From a virus (taxonomy: Duplodnaviria; Caudoviricetes): a DNA stretch of 52,229 nt. Where the stretch lies: IMG/VR virus record IMGVR_UViG_3300049564_000091, positions 1-52,229 of that record; one strand, 5' to 3'. Under the pieces are notes generated by a model. It was not told the DNA's origin. It did not search any database and worked only from the letters and a program-made list of their open reading frames with translations. The number at the start of each line of letters is the position of its first letter. Within the stretch, counting starts at the first letter, position 1. This document shows, one piece after another, positions 1 through 9,076 of this stretch. A program made the position numbers and the translations under genes.

Positions 1-127
1 CGTCGAATCCGGCCCGGCCTCGGCCAAGCCCGCCCACGAAAGCGCCGGCGCCGGGACCAAACAGGCGGACGAAGCGGACCAGCATGGCGCGACCGCGCTT
101 GGCCGGCAGCTGCGTGATGCGGTAGGT
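1..127. repeat. Direct terminal overlap, identical to 52103-52229 (circular genome, 52102 bp unique)
   Basis: The first 127 nt (cgtcgaatcc...gcggtaggt) recur exactly at the end, and the tail chaperone ORF reads through the junction. Confidence 0.97.
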
Positions 128-166
128 AGTGACGCCGATGCGGCGCTCCTTGGCTTCGATGGCCAT
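1..166 (-). CDS. Tail assembly chaperone, 5' part (continues across the junction to 51744)
   Basis: ATG at 166 gives MAIEAKERRIGVTTYRITQLPAKRGRAMLVRF, in frame with ORF 51744..52187; lies between tube and tape measure. Confidence 0.8.
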   Translation of the reverse strand, partial: MAIEAKERRIGVTTYRITQLPAKRGRAMLVRFVRLFGPGAGAFVGGLGRGRAGFD

Positions 167-172
167 CTGCCA

Positions 173-613
173 TCACCGCCCGCCGATGAAGCTCGAGAGC
201 GCCGCGTCTGCGAGCTGCAGCTTCCACTCGATGGTCTGGATGGTCTTGCCCAGCGTCACGCTCGGGTAGGCCATCACCCAGGCGCGCTCGCTTGCCACGA
301 GCATGCGGCCATTCACATCGCGGGCGGAGAACATGCCCGCGCCGGCGCCATTCGGCGCCGCGATGTCAGCCTTCAGCAGCGCCGTCAGGCGATCATTCGC
401 CGGCGCCGTATGGGCATAGGTCAGCGTCACCGTCGCGAGCCCATTGTTGGTCGCGGCCCGGCTCACCTCGCCATCCGCGCCCACGTAGGAGGTGAATTGA
501 TCCTCCTCCCACTCGAGCTGCATCACCTCGTCCTCGCCATAGCCGCCATCGCTCAGCGGGACGGCATTCAGCGAGATGGCGAGGTCCTTGATGTTCCAAG
601 CGCGCATTGCCAT
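173..613 (-). CDS. Tail tube protein (DUF3277-like)
   Basis: 146 aa, VGADGEVSR motif, directly downstream of the sheath gene. Confidence 0.8.
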   Translation of the reverse strand: MAMRAWNIKDLAISLNAVPLSDGGYGEDEVMQLEWEEDQFTSYVGADGEVSRAATNNGLATVTLTYAHTAPANDRLTALLKADIAAPNGAGAGMFSARDVNGRMLVASERAWVMAYPSVTLGKTIQTIEWKLQLADAALSSFIGGR

Positions 614-617
614 AGGG

Positions 618-1946
618 TCACTCCGCCGCCGCCACCAGGACGGTTCCGTTGATCAGCACCTTGTTCACCGCGCCCTGCAAAACGTACTGAAAGCGCACGT
701 CGCGCAGGAGGCGGGCGATCTTGTCGTTCGGATCGACGCTGGCGACGGTGGGAACCGAGGTCGACCAGGGCTGAGCCGGATCGATCAGCTTCGCCGTGAT
801 GCCAGCCAGGATCTGCGCGTCGACCTGCCCGCGGATCAGCTGAATGCCCGCATCGGTATAGGGCACCGTGTCGTTGTTGGCGAAGAGCAGCACCACGCGC
901 TCCTCGAGGCGCGCATCGAACCAATCGATGCCATGCGTGATATCGGCGAAGCGCCCGCCCGAGGCCCGCCCGTCGAGCGTGAAGCCGATGCCCTTCACCG
1001 CAACATAATAGTTGCAGTTCTTGCCCTTCAGATTGCCGCGCGCCGTGTCGTCGAGCTCCGAGACATCGACCAGGGCGAGCGACTTGTTCGCCCAATTCGC
1101 GCTTCCGGGCGCTTTGGGAAGCATCTTTCCCGCCCAGGCCGCGCCCGGGAATTGCTCCGAGGCGCGATGATGCCAGATCGGAATCGTGCGCTGCAGCGAG
1201 GAGGCCTTCAGCTGCGAGAGCACGTCCGTGTCGGTCGCCTGCAGGCAGCCCGCGTCCATCGTCGCCGGGAAGAAAAGCATCGCCTGCGTCTCGGCCCAGG
1301 CGGCAGCGGCGAGGATCTCCTGCGCTCCCACGGAATCGATCAGCAGGCCATACCAGGCCTGATCAGCGGCCCAGATGGCGTTCAGATCATCCTCGATTCC
1401 GGGATCGGTCGTCGTCTCGCTGTAGGCAATGTTGCCCGAGCTGCAGCTGAAGCTGTGCCGCGCTCCATCCGTATCGCCGGCGATGGTGACCTTCGTGGCG
1501 GTCGCCGTTGCCGTCACATCCGCAAGCGCGGGCGCGCCGGTGATGGCTGCAGCGATGGCAGTGCAGGCAGCCGCGAGCGTCCCAGCAGCCGCCAGCGTGC
1601 AGGAAAGCGCCACGCCATCGACCGCGAATTTGTAGGTGGTGCCAGCCGCATCCACCCTCGGCGTCAGCTCGAATGCCTGCTCGGCCAGCGAGTCGCGCTT
1701 CCCCACCTTGAATTGCGCGGGCGAGGGCTTCTGAGCCTTGATGCGCGCCGCATTGAGATAGATCGGATGGCTCGTGGGGACATTGAGCGGCGCGGTGACC
1801 AGCTCGATCAGCTCGCTGAAGGTCCGGACGCGCTCCGGCCAGAAATTGTGCGCGGCTGCGATGAGCGGCGTGCCGAAGCCCTGCTGGGATACGGCCGCGT
1901 CGCGGATGTCGATCGTGGTCTCGATAACTTCGCTTACAGTGCTCAC
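618..1946 (-). CDS. Tail sheath protein (DUF3383-like)
   Basis: 442 aa; GFGTPLI, PGSANWANKSL, GRFADITHGIDW, VPYTDAGI, LQGAVNKV motifs. Confidence 0.88.
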   Translation of the reverse strand: MSTVSEVIETTIDIRDAAVSQQGFGTPLIAAAHNFWPERVRTFSELIELVTAPLNVPTSHPIYLNAARIKAQKPSPAQFKVGKRDSLAEQAFELTPRVDAAGTTYKFAVDGVALSCTLAAAGTLAAACTAIAAAITGAPALADVTATATATKVTIAGDTDGARHSFSCSSGNIAYSETTTDPGIEDDLNAIWAADQAWYGLLIDSVGAQEILAAAAWAETQAMLFFPATMDAGCLQATDTDVLSQLKASSLQRTIPIWHHRASEQFPGAAWAGKMLPKAPGSANWANKSLALVDVSELDDTARGNLKGKNCNYYVAVKGIGFTLDGRASGGRFADITHGIDWFDARLEERVVLLFANNDTVPYTDAGIQLIRGQVDAQILAGITAKLIDPAQPWSTSVPTVASVDPNDKIARLLRDVRFQYVLQGAVNKVLINGTVLVAAAE

Positions 1947-1955
1947 GGGCGCCTC

Positions 1956-2540
1956 CTAGAGCGGCGGGATGATCTCGGGCTCGCTGACAATCGGCTCGGT
2001 GACGTTGAGGGCGACGCCTCCAATCTCGGCGTGTTCGATGATGTCGAGGCCCTCCGCCGCCGCCGGCAGCTGCGCGCTGGTCACATAGCCGAGCTGCAGC
2101 GTCAGCACGGCCTCGGATTCATCGCGATGGTCGCGCGGCCTATCGGCATTCGGAATCACGCGCCCGAGGTCGAGGATGGCGAGCCCGAGCGCGCCGAAAT
2201 AATCGACCGAATAGGGCAGCTCGAGCAGCACCGCGAGGGCATCCAGCGGAACGTAGGCCTTGCCGTTGGCGCTCTGATCGCGCGTCGTGCAGGTGATCGA
2301 CCAGCTGCAGGCGCGCTGCGCGACGGCAATCGGGTAGAGCTTCCCATCGGGCCCGGGCTCCGGGTAGATGATGTCGGCCGAAGTCCCATCGCGGGCGCGA
2401 TGGTCAAACAGCCGCAGATCGAATTGCGGGAAGAGGCGCCGCTCGACGGGCGCGCTATCCCAGGCGACGAGATGCTCGGCCACGCCGGTCATCGCGACCA
2501 CCCAGGCCTTCAGGCCATCCTCGGCAGCTTGCCAATCCAT
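1956..2540 (-). CDS. Neck/tail terminator protein
   Basis: 194 aa, located between tail-completion and sheath genes. Confidence 0.6.
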   Translation of the reverse strand: MDWQAAEDGLKAWVVAMTGVAEHLVAWDSAPVERRLFPQFDLRLFDHRARDGTSADIIYPEPGPDGKLYPIAVAQRACSWSITCTTRDQSANGKAYVPLDALAVLLELPYSVDYFGALGLAILDLGRVIPNADRPRDHRDESEAVLTLQLGYVTSAQLPAAAEGLDIIEHAEIGGVALNVTEPIVSEPEIIPPL

Positions 2541-3076
2541 CAGCCCGTCTCCCGGACCGCGCCGCGCTGCGCGCCGATTTCCACCACATAGGTGATGCTG
2601 TTGCGCAGCTGCCCCGTGTCGATGAGCGGCTTCGATGAGCCCTTCGCCGCAATCGTCCAGCGGCTGTTAGGCGGTGCGATGCCATTGGCGATGCGCTGCT
2701 TGATCAGGCCGACCGTATACTGGCCGAGGAGCTCCATCGCGCCGTCGAGCCCGAACTTCCCGAGCAAGAAGCCCTGGGTGAGCAGCACCTGCCGGCGCGC
2801 GAGAGCATCCCGGTACTGGTCGATGGTCGCCCGCAGGAAGGAGCGCTCCGGAATCGTGATCGTGCGATTCATCCGCGGCTGATGGATGACCTTGCCGAAC
2901 TCGTGGATGGTCGCCAGCTGCGCGACCGTCAGATGCGTCCCCTGATGGTTGGCTGCGCCCTGGGCGCCCTGCACGCCCACCTTCACCACGGCGGCGCCGC
3001 CATGCAGCGAGCGCATGCGCTCCTTGATGGCTTCCCAGCCGTGGTCGATGATCTTGATGCCGATGGTAGGCGGCAT
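2540..3076 (-). CDS. Neck/tail completion protein (virion morphogenesis)
   Basis: IHEFG...IPERSFLR...KGSSKPLIDTGQLRNSITY motifs; start trimmed to MPPTIG. Confidence 0.78.
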   Translation of the reverse strand: MPPTIGIKIIDHGWEAIKERMRSLHGGAAVVKVGVQGAQGAANHQGTHLTVAQLATIHEFGKVIHQPRMNRTITIPERSFLRATIDQYRDALARRQVLLTQGFLLGKFGLDGAMELLGQYTVGLIKQRIANGIAPPNSRWTIAAKGSSKPLIDTGQLRNSITYVVEIGAQRGAVRETG

Positions 3077-3077
3077 C

Positions 3078-3365
3078 TCACACCACCATCTGGGCTTGGA
3101 TGAGGCTCTGCTTGATGGCCAGGTACTGCCGCTCATAGGTCGTCGTCGCGCCGCCGGGCTCCTGCGATGCGATCAAGCGCGCGGGCTCGCCATGCGGCGC
3201 GAGCGCGATGAGATGGCAGGCGAGGTACTTCACCGCATCATCGGCGAGCGCGCCATAGGCCGAGCCGACCAGCCGCTGCGCATCGGCGATGCGATAGCCG
3301 ATGAGTCCCGAGTCCGTATGGGCGAACTCGGGAAACTCGGCCTTGATCTGGTCGGCAGTCACCAT
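3078..3365 (-). CDS. Head-tail adaptor (DUF4054-like)
   Basis: FPEF...YLACHLIAL...TTTYERQYL pattern and position. Confidence 0.75.
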   Translation of the reverse strand: MVTADQIKAEFPEFAHTDSGLIGYRIADAQRLVGSAYGALADDAVKYLACHLIALAPHGEPARLIASQEPGGATTTYERQYLAIKQSLIQAQMVV

Positions 3366-3683
3366 TCAAGCGGCATCTTCCTCGGGCGGCGGCGGCGGCG
3401 GCGCCGCTGGGAGCTGCGGCACCTCGACGAGCGTCAGCAGCCCGCTCGCAATCCAGTTCTTGTAGGCCGCCTGCGCGGCGATCTGCTGCTGCAGGCGGAC
3501 GAATTGCTCCTCGGTCAGCAGATAGGTCACCTGCGGATTCTCGGCCGTCGCCGCGATCATGAATTCGCCCTTCCGGATGCCGAGGTAGAGCGGCACCAGG
3601 CCGGTGTTCTGCAGCTGAAGCAGGCGCTCGCCCTGAAGCGGCGCATAGGCTTCGCCCTCGGCGAAATTTCTGAGCAAGGGCAT
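3366..3683 (-). CDS. Hypothetical virion-region protein
   Basis: 105 aa ORF abutting its neighbours in the head operon. Confidence 0.6.
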   Translation of the reverse strand: MPLLRNFAEGEAYAPLQGERLLQLQNTGLVPLYLGIRKGEFMIAATAENPQVTYLLTEEQFVRLQQQIAAQAAYKNWIASGLLTLVEVPQLPAAPPPPPPEEDAA

Positions 3684-3692
3684 GGCGGGCCT

Positions 3693-4076
3693 TCAGTCGT
3701 CCCTGCTGCGCTTGCCGCGCCGCACGTGCTCTGGGATTTCGGGCGGCGGCTCGGGCGGCGGCGGCGCATCGGGCGTGAAGACGTCTTGTGGTGGCTCGGC
3801 GGCCCCATCCTTGACCAGCGGCTGACCGAACTTGCCCTCGAGCCCGGCCTCGGGCGGCGGCGGCTCCTCCTCCACCTCGGTGATGGTGAGCTGCCCGTCG
3901 TTGATCCAGGCCTGCACCGCAGGCGTCGCGATGTTCGCCTGCAGCGCAGGCTTTTGGGAGTCTTCAATCTCGAGCGTGATGCCGCCTTCCGACGGCGGTA
4001 TGGCAAGCGTTTGGCCATCACCGACGCTGAGATGCAGAATGCGCGCGCTCTTGTTTTCGAATTTGTAGAAGCACAT
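3693..4076 (-). CDS. Hypothetical protein downstream of the capsid gene (Pro/Glu-rich C-terminus)
   Basis: 127 aa; AGGGG RBS-like sequence upstream. Confidence 0.6.
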   Translation of the reverse strand: MCFYKFENKSARILHLSVGDGQTLAIPPSEGGITLEIEDSQKPALQANIATPAVQAWINDGQLTITEVEEEPPPPEAGLEGKFGQPLVKDGAAEPPQDVFTPDAPPPPEPPPEIPEHVRRGKRSRDD

Positions 4077-4095
4077 GGCGATTGCCGTCCCCTTT

Positions 4096-5172
4096 TCAGA
4101 TGCCAGACATGTACACGCCGCCCAGCGGGTACTCCCAGGCGACTCCGCCGATGCGACCGACCGAGTTGATTTCGAGCGACAGGTTTTTGGCCTGCGGCGG
4201 CAGCTCCGATTGCTCCTGCGGAATCTCGATATGCACCACGCTCGGGTCGCGCTTGTACATGCAGGCGCGCGCCGTGCCGCCCGCGCCGGCCGTGTCAGCG
4301 AACCACCAGAATTCGATGTTGGTGATGGAGCGCGACTTGCCCAGAAAGGTCGACAGAATCGTGACCATCGGGTCGGAGGGCGCCGCCGAGTAGATCGACT
4401 TTTGGCTGATGTAACTCAGCTTGGCGAGCGGCAAGATCAGCGTGTCGGGCTCTAGCACGCCCTTCGTGTTGCTGATGATCGCGTTTTCCATCGCGAGCAT
4501 ATCGCCCACGATTTCAAGCGGCGTTTTATCCGGACCGCCCCAGACCGGGCTCGATCCAGTCGCCGGCGCCGAGGCCGCAATCACCGGCACGTTCGCGTTG
4601 TTCAGAAGGCCCGTCGCGCCCGTTTCGGGGATGCCGATGGCAGCGATCGTTTCGATGCGCGCTTCGAAGCCATCGCGCACCGCCGTGGCCAAGCGCGTGC
4701 GCAGCGGTACGCCAGCGCGCGCCGTGCGCTGCATATCGAGCCAAGACCAGCCATAGCCGAGCGCGATGGTTTCGACGGCCTGCACGAAGCGCTTGGCGAA
4801 TGCCGCGACCTTCGGGATGTCATCGGCGTAATTCGCGACCACCTTGGCCATGCCCGCGCGATCCCATTGCGCATAGGCCCAGGTCTCGGCGCCCGGATCG
4901 ACCTCCGAGGTGACCGGCACGAGCATCCGCGCCTTGAAGGCCGGCCGCTGGATGTCGGCCGTGCGCGCGCGGAAATACTCGAGCTGATTCACGAGCACCA
5001 TCGTCTCGTTGGCGTCGAGCCGATGCTCGCCGAACACATCGGCGCGATGCATGACGAGCGCGCCATGCAGGCGAGCGAGTTCGGCGGCATCGAAGCGCCC
5101 GAGCTTCGCAATCTCGCCCGCGAGCTGGGCTCGCTGGTACGGTTCCATCGTCGGCGGCAGAGTGATGTACAT
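4096..5172 (-). CDS. Major capsid protein (DUF2184 family)
   Basis: 358 aa; GMAKVVANYADDIP, TGLLNNANVP, PDTLILP, GGVAWEYP motifs. Confidence 0.9.
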   Translation of the reverse strand: MYITLPPTMEPYQRAQLAGEIAKLGRFDAAELARLHGALVMHRADVFGEHRLDANETMVLVNQLEYFRARTADIQRPAFKARMLVPVTSEVDPGAETWAYAQWDRAGMAKVVANYADDIPKVAAFAKRFVQAVETIALGYGWSWLDMQRTARAGVPLRTRLATAVRDGFEARIETIAAIGIPETGATGLLNNANVPVIAASAPATGSSPVWGGPDKTPLEIVGDMLAMENAIISNTKGVLEPDTLILPLAKLSYISQKSIYSAAPSDPMVTILSTFLGKSRSITNIEFWWFADTAGAGGTARACMYKRDPSVVHIEIPQEQSELPPQAKNLSLEINSVGRIGGVAWEYPLGGVYMSGI

Positions 5173-5195
5173 GGGGTTTTGTCTCCGGCCTGGTC

Positions 5196-5681
5196 TTAGA
5201 ACAGCGAGATTTCAACGAGCACCAGCGCGCCCGCAGCGGCATCGGTGATGAATAGCGCCCATGGGCATTGAGCCGCCGTGGCTGTGTCGGCATCCGCTCG
5301 AAACGATCCGAGTTCGGTCCCGCCCGCGCCCGATGCATAGCGCACGAAGGGCACCGTCCAGCGCGTCACCGCCGACTCGGCCGTGACCCAGATCCGCCCG
5401 CGCCGCATCACCGGCGTGGGCCGCAGCGTCGGCCAGTCGCTGCCGCCCTCGCGCGATTGGTCGAATGGAACGATACCCATCGCGCCGGGCTTGGAGACCT
5501 CGGCTGCGGTGGAAGGCAGCTTCGCGGCGTTGCGGGCCTTGCCCACCGTGACATCGGCCGTGAGCAGTTTGCCGGTCTTCACCGCGCTCTGCGGGATCAC
5601 GCTATCGATGTAGCGCGTGAAGTCCTCGGTCATGAGCCCGAGCACCGCCTCGGCCTGCATATTGGTGTATGAGGTTTGCAT
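5196..5681 (-). CDS. Capsid decoration/cement protein
   Basis: MQTSYT... with VMRRGRIWV motif; between protease and capsid genes. Confidence 0.75.
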   Translation of the reverse strand: MQTSYTNMQAEAVLGLMTEDFTRYIDSVIPQSAVKTGKLLTADVTVGKARNAAKLPSTAAEVSKPGAMGIVPFDQSREGGSDWPTLRPTPVMRRGRIWVTAESAVTRWTVPFVRYASGAGGTELGSFRADADTATAAQCPWALFITDAAAGALVLVEISLF

Positions 5682-5701
5682 TGCTGGGTTTTCCCTTCGG
5701 C

Positions 5702-6889
5702 CTATTGCGCCTTCTTGCGCGTGTAGGAGAGCGGCTTTTGCCAATCGGGCACGAATGGCTCGCGCGCATCGCGGCGCGGAGCAGGCTTCGCCGGCGCCGT
5801 GATGCGCCGTGCCTCCTCGAGGTTGCTCGAGGGCTGAGCGCCGCCGCCGTCCTTGCGCTCATCCATCGCCTGGTCGAAGCGCGCACCGATGTATTCATCG
5901 CTGCGGCCCTTCGGCTCGAACGAGGAATCGATCTGCACCAGGACGGCCTCCTGGATCTGCCGCGCGCTCTGGCCATCGAACTTGTGCTCCTCGGGCAGCA
6001 CGCGCTTGGCGGCATTGATCAAAGCAGTGCGCGCCGCCACGCGCTCGTCGAGCCGCTTCGGATCTTCGGCCAGCGCGAGCGCATCCTTGGCCTTCTTGAG
6101 ATCAGCCTCGAGCTGATCAGCGCGGCCTTGCAGCTTGTCGCGCTCAGCCGTCACCTCCTCGAGCGCATCATCGCGCGTGCCGATCGCCTTCTCGAGGATC
6201 TGCGCGCCCTGCTTGTCCGAGACGCTCACGTCGAGCCCGTCGACGCGCATCATGACTGGTTCCATCTGCTTTCCTCCATCGCCGGGCGGCGCGGCAATCG
6301 CGACGCTCACTGCATCTGCTTTGTCGAGCCGGAAAATATCGAGCTCATCGGCGCTCGGCTCCTTGGAGTCGATGCGCAGAGCGACATCGCGGCCTGCGCG
6401 GCCCCAGTTCTTCGGGCCGATCGCGACGTGATTGTACTGGATGTCGCGCTGCACCTGATCATAGCGCTCGCCCTCATAGACGCCGGGCGTCGCATCGATC
6501 CGGCACTGATAGCCGCAGGAAAGCTCGCGGCGCTTGCCCGCCTGCACCGCAGCGATGGCGCTCTCCTCCTGCACCGTCACATGCCCGGCGACCATGCTGC
6601 CATCGGCGCGGACCTGCTCGCTCACGTGCCCGATCTGCAGCTCGCGGACGTTCTTCGGCGAGACCATCTGCGTGGGATGCAAGTCGGTCACCGGCGCAGC
6701 CGAGAGCGTCGCGAGCGAATCGGCCTTGAAGACTTCCTCGCGCGGGCGCAGCTCGCGCACCACGCTGCCATCCGGGCGCCGATACTCGAGCACGCCGCAG
6801 CGCGTCAGATAGGCTGGGATGCGGAGAAAACCCTGCGGCGTCCGCTCAGCCGAGCCGAGTGCAGCGACATCGAAGCGGTGGACGAGCAC
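5702..6889 (-). CDS. Prohead protease/scaffold (DUF2213 family)
   Basis: TPQGFL, PVTDLHP, RELSCGY, NHVAI, GRAG motifs plus a coiled-coil C-terminus. Confidence 0.9.
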   Translation of the reverse strand: MLVHRFDVAALGSAERTPQGFLRIPAYLTRCGVLEYRRPDGSVVRELRPREEVFKADSLATLSAAPVTDLHPTQMVSPKNVRELQIGHVSEQVRADGSMVAGHVTVQEESAIAAVQAGKRRELSCGYQCRIDATPGVYEGERYDQVQRDIQYNHVAIGPKNWGRAGRDVALRIDSKEPSADELDIFRLDKADAVSVAIAAPPGDGGKQMEPVMMRVDGLDVSVSDKQGAQILEKAIGTRDDALEEVTAERDKLQGRADQLEADLKKAKDALALAEDPKRLDERVAARTALINAAKRVLPEEHKFDGQSARQIQEAVLVQIDSSFEPKGRSDEYIGARFDQAMDERKDGGGAQPSSNLEEARRITAPAKPAPRRDAREPFVPDWQKPLSYTRKKAQ

Positions 6890-6894
6890 TGCCG

Positions 6895-6923
6895 CTGTTA
6901 TGCGAGCGGATTCGCTCTGTCAA
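6895..6923 (-). promoter_or_regulatory. Putative sigma70 promoter of the protease-capsid genes
   Basis: TTGACA-17 nt-TAACAG on the minus strand; the spacer contains the palindrome GAGCG-AATC-CGCTC; GTG start 5 nt after the -10. Confidence 0.5.
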
Positions 6924-8218
6924 CGGGTGGGCTTTTTCCGCCGCTTCGGCGTCGCATTCCGGGCGGGCCGTCTCCTGGTAGGTGCAGCCAGCCGCTTCGC
7001 CCTCGCCTGCGCCGTCCGGGTCGTCCGAACCCAGTCGCGGGCAGCCTCCACCGCGGTCAGCTCGGCCGCGCGCGCGGCCTCGCGCTGAGCGGCAGCATAT
7101 TCGGCGGCTTGCCGCGCTTCGATGGCGGCTGCCTGCTCGGCGCTGGGCAGGGCGCGCCGCAGCAGGGCGGCCGGGTCCACGGGCGGCTCGGCCTTTTGCC
7201 TGACGGGCGGAGGCGGGATAGGCGGAGGCGTCGGTGGCTTCGGCGGCGGCGGCGGGCGGATGCGCCCGGGCAAGATCGCCGGCGGCGTCCGCAGCGGCGG
7301 CTGCGCGCCCTGCCGCGGATGGCGCGTCTCGACATCCTCGAGGTCGATGAGGCCCGCATCCGCGAGCAGGTCATCGATGATGGGAATCGCCGAGCAGCGA
7401 CATCGCACGGGCTGGCCTGGATGCCCGCGCTCGCCCGTGCGCTCATCCACCACCGGAGGCTTCGCCCATTCCTGGATCGAGCCCTCGAGCCGGCGGTGCT
7501 GCTTGCGCACGCGCTCGTCGAGCGAGGTCGACCAGCGGTAGCGCCGCACGCCAAGGTTCTGCTGCCGCAGCTGGTTGATCTCGCCGTTGAGCTTGCCAAT
7601 TTGATCGCTCGCGATGAGCGCCGCGCGATTCTTCGCCACGCCGAACTGGCGCTCGATCTGCGCTGCGACCTCTTCGTGGTGCAGGCCCGCTCGAGCGCCG
7701 CGCGTCACGACGCCTTTCAGATCTGCGAGATGCCCGGCGGTGAGCGACTTGATCAGCTTCACGTTGTCGCTGACGAATAGGTCGAGGTGCTGCTCGAGGC
7801 CGGCGTTGCTGGCGTAGAGATTGACCTTGATGACCTTCTGCACCTGCTGCTGAAACTGGTCTGCGCTCCATTCGCTCACGCGCAGAGCGGTCGATTGCGC
7901 CGCCGCTTCGATGGTCTTCTCGGGCAAGCCCTTCTGCGCTGCAGCCATCGCTGCGAGGAAGGCCTTGTCGATGTCTTCGGCCGAGTCGATGCGGCGCGTG
8001 GGGCCGGTCTCGTCGAGCAGCCCGGGCAGCGCCGGCAGGATGTCGCGCCGCACGATGTACTGGATGATCTCGAGGAAGTAGCGCAGCCGCTGGTAGTAGA
8101 CGATTTCCTCGCGATGCGGATAGCGTGGCCTCGGCCAGGCGGGCGGCGGCCGGCGGCGCTCGCGCGCATCGCGCGTCGCAGCCTTCAGCCGCAGCGCAGC
8201 GGCGATGCCCGATGTCAT
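6920..8218 (-). CDS. Minor head/morphogenesis protein (Mu gpF / SPP1 gp7 family) with a Pro/Ala/Arg-rich tail
   Basis: RAALIASDQIGK, YRWSTSLDERVR..H, HPGQPVRCRC motifs. Confidence 0.9.
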   Translation of the reverse strand: MTSGIAAALRLKAATRDARERRRPPPAWPRPRYPHREEIVYYQRLRYFLEIIQYIVRRDILPALPGLLDETGPTRRIDSAEDIDKAFLAAMAAAQKGLPEKTIEAAAQSTALRVSEWSADQFQQQVQKVIKVNLYASNAGLEQHLDLFVSDNVKLIKSLTAGHLADLKGVVTRGARAGLHHEEVAAQIERQFGVAKNRAALIASDQIGKLNGEINQLRQQNLGVRRYRWSTSLDERVRKQHRRLEGSIQEWAKPPVVDERTGERGHPGQPVRCRCSAIPIIDDLLADAGLIDLEDVETRHPRQGAQPPLRTPPAILPGRIRPPPPPKPPTPPPIPPPPVRQKAEPPVDPAALLRRALPSAEQAAAIEARQAAEYAAAQREAARAAELTAVEAARDWVRTTRTAQARAKRLAAPTRRRPARNATPKRRKKPTR

Positions 8219-8379
8219 GGGTAGATCCTCGCAGGCTCGCCCTCGCCGAACAGCCTCGCCGCAGCCAGGCAGGCCTCGAGCGAGCCGCTGGCCAGCACGC
8301 GATCCTCCAGCACGCGCAGATAGCGCCGACTCACCCTCGGACCGCGCTCATCCCAGAGCAGGTGCCAGAGATCAATCAT
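8215..8379 (-). CDS. Small hypothetical protein (54 aa, not in the ORF track)
   Basis: MIDLWHLLWDERG...RIYP; ATGA overlaps with both neighbours. Confidence 0.6.
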   Translation of the reverse strand: MIDLWHLLWDERGPRVSRRYLRVLEDRVLASGSLEACLAAARLFGEGEPARIYP

Positions 8380-8753
8380 GCGCGGCGCTCCAGCTGCACG
8401 CTGCGGCGCAGCAGCTCGGGCTCAATCTCCGCCAGCATGGTCGCGCAGCCGCGCGCCATCGCGAGCTGGTGCCGAGTCAGCGGCAGGCGCGGGCGCTCGA
8501 GGATGATGCAGCGCTCGCAGGGCGGGCAGCTGCAAGCGGCGAGGGCTTTCCGGAGCGCGCGGACGGCGGCGACGCCCTCGAGGATGAGATGGGCCGTAGA
8601 GTGGAGCGCCCGCGCAGCCTCGGCGCTTGCAGCCGACCAGCCGAGCGGCGCCAGATCGTCCGTGTGTAGGATAGGCCAGCCCAGTGTGTGCCGGAGCTCT
8701 TCCGCCAGCGTGGTTTTGCCCGCCCGAGGCGCTCCGATGATGGCGATGCGCAC
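8376..8753 (-). CDS. Small P-loop NMP-kinase-like protein
   Basis: RIAIIGAPRAGKTT Walker A, HTDD and ILEGV motifs. Confidence 0.7.
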   Translation of the reverse strand: MRIAIIGAPRAGKTTLAEELRHTLGWPILHTDDLAPLGWSAASAEAARALHSTAHLILEGVAAVRALRKALAACSCPPCERCIILERPRLPLTRHQLAMARGCATMLAEIEPELLRRSVQLERRA

Positions 8754-8830
8754 CAGCTAGTCGCTATCGTGGGGAAAGTCTGGAAGTCAAGCGCCACCTG
8801 CGGCCCCATTGACCTGCTAGAATGGAAGCC

Positions 8831-9076
8831 ATGACCGAAGCCGAAATCGCCCGCGCGCGCGCCATCATGGAGCGCGATCCTTTCCCAGCCACCTGGGCGG
8901 CGCAGCTGGAGCGCGCCCGAGAAATCGTGCGCGAGCTGGGCGACCTGCCCGAGCCCGTCGCCTTCGATATGGTGATGCGCGGCTCGGAGCAGCCCGGCGA
9001 GGTCAATCTGCTCGCCGATATCATCGCGCTGCGCCCGGCCGATGCGCCGCCCTGGCCTCGCACCGAGCGGGTTTAG
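8831..9076 (+). CDS. Counter-oriented small protein (candidate immunity/accessory gene)
   Basis: MTEAEIARARAIMERDP...; high-GC3 codons; extended -10 TGCTAGAAT 7 nt before the ATG; stop overlaps the portal stop. Confidence 0.6.
   Translation: MTEAEIARARAIMERDPFPATWAAQLERAREIVRELGDLPEPVAFDMVMRGSEQPGEVNLLADIIALRPADAPPWPRTERV

Noticed and set aside
1-127. Biological terminal repeat
   Set aside because: 127 bp matches a common assembler k-mer and falls mid-gene; it indicates circularity only
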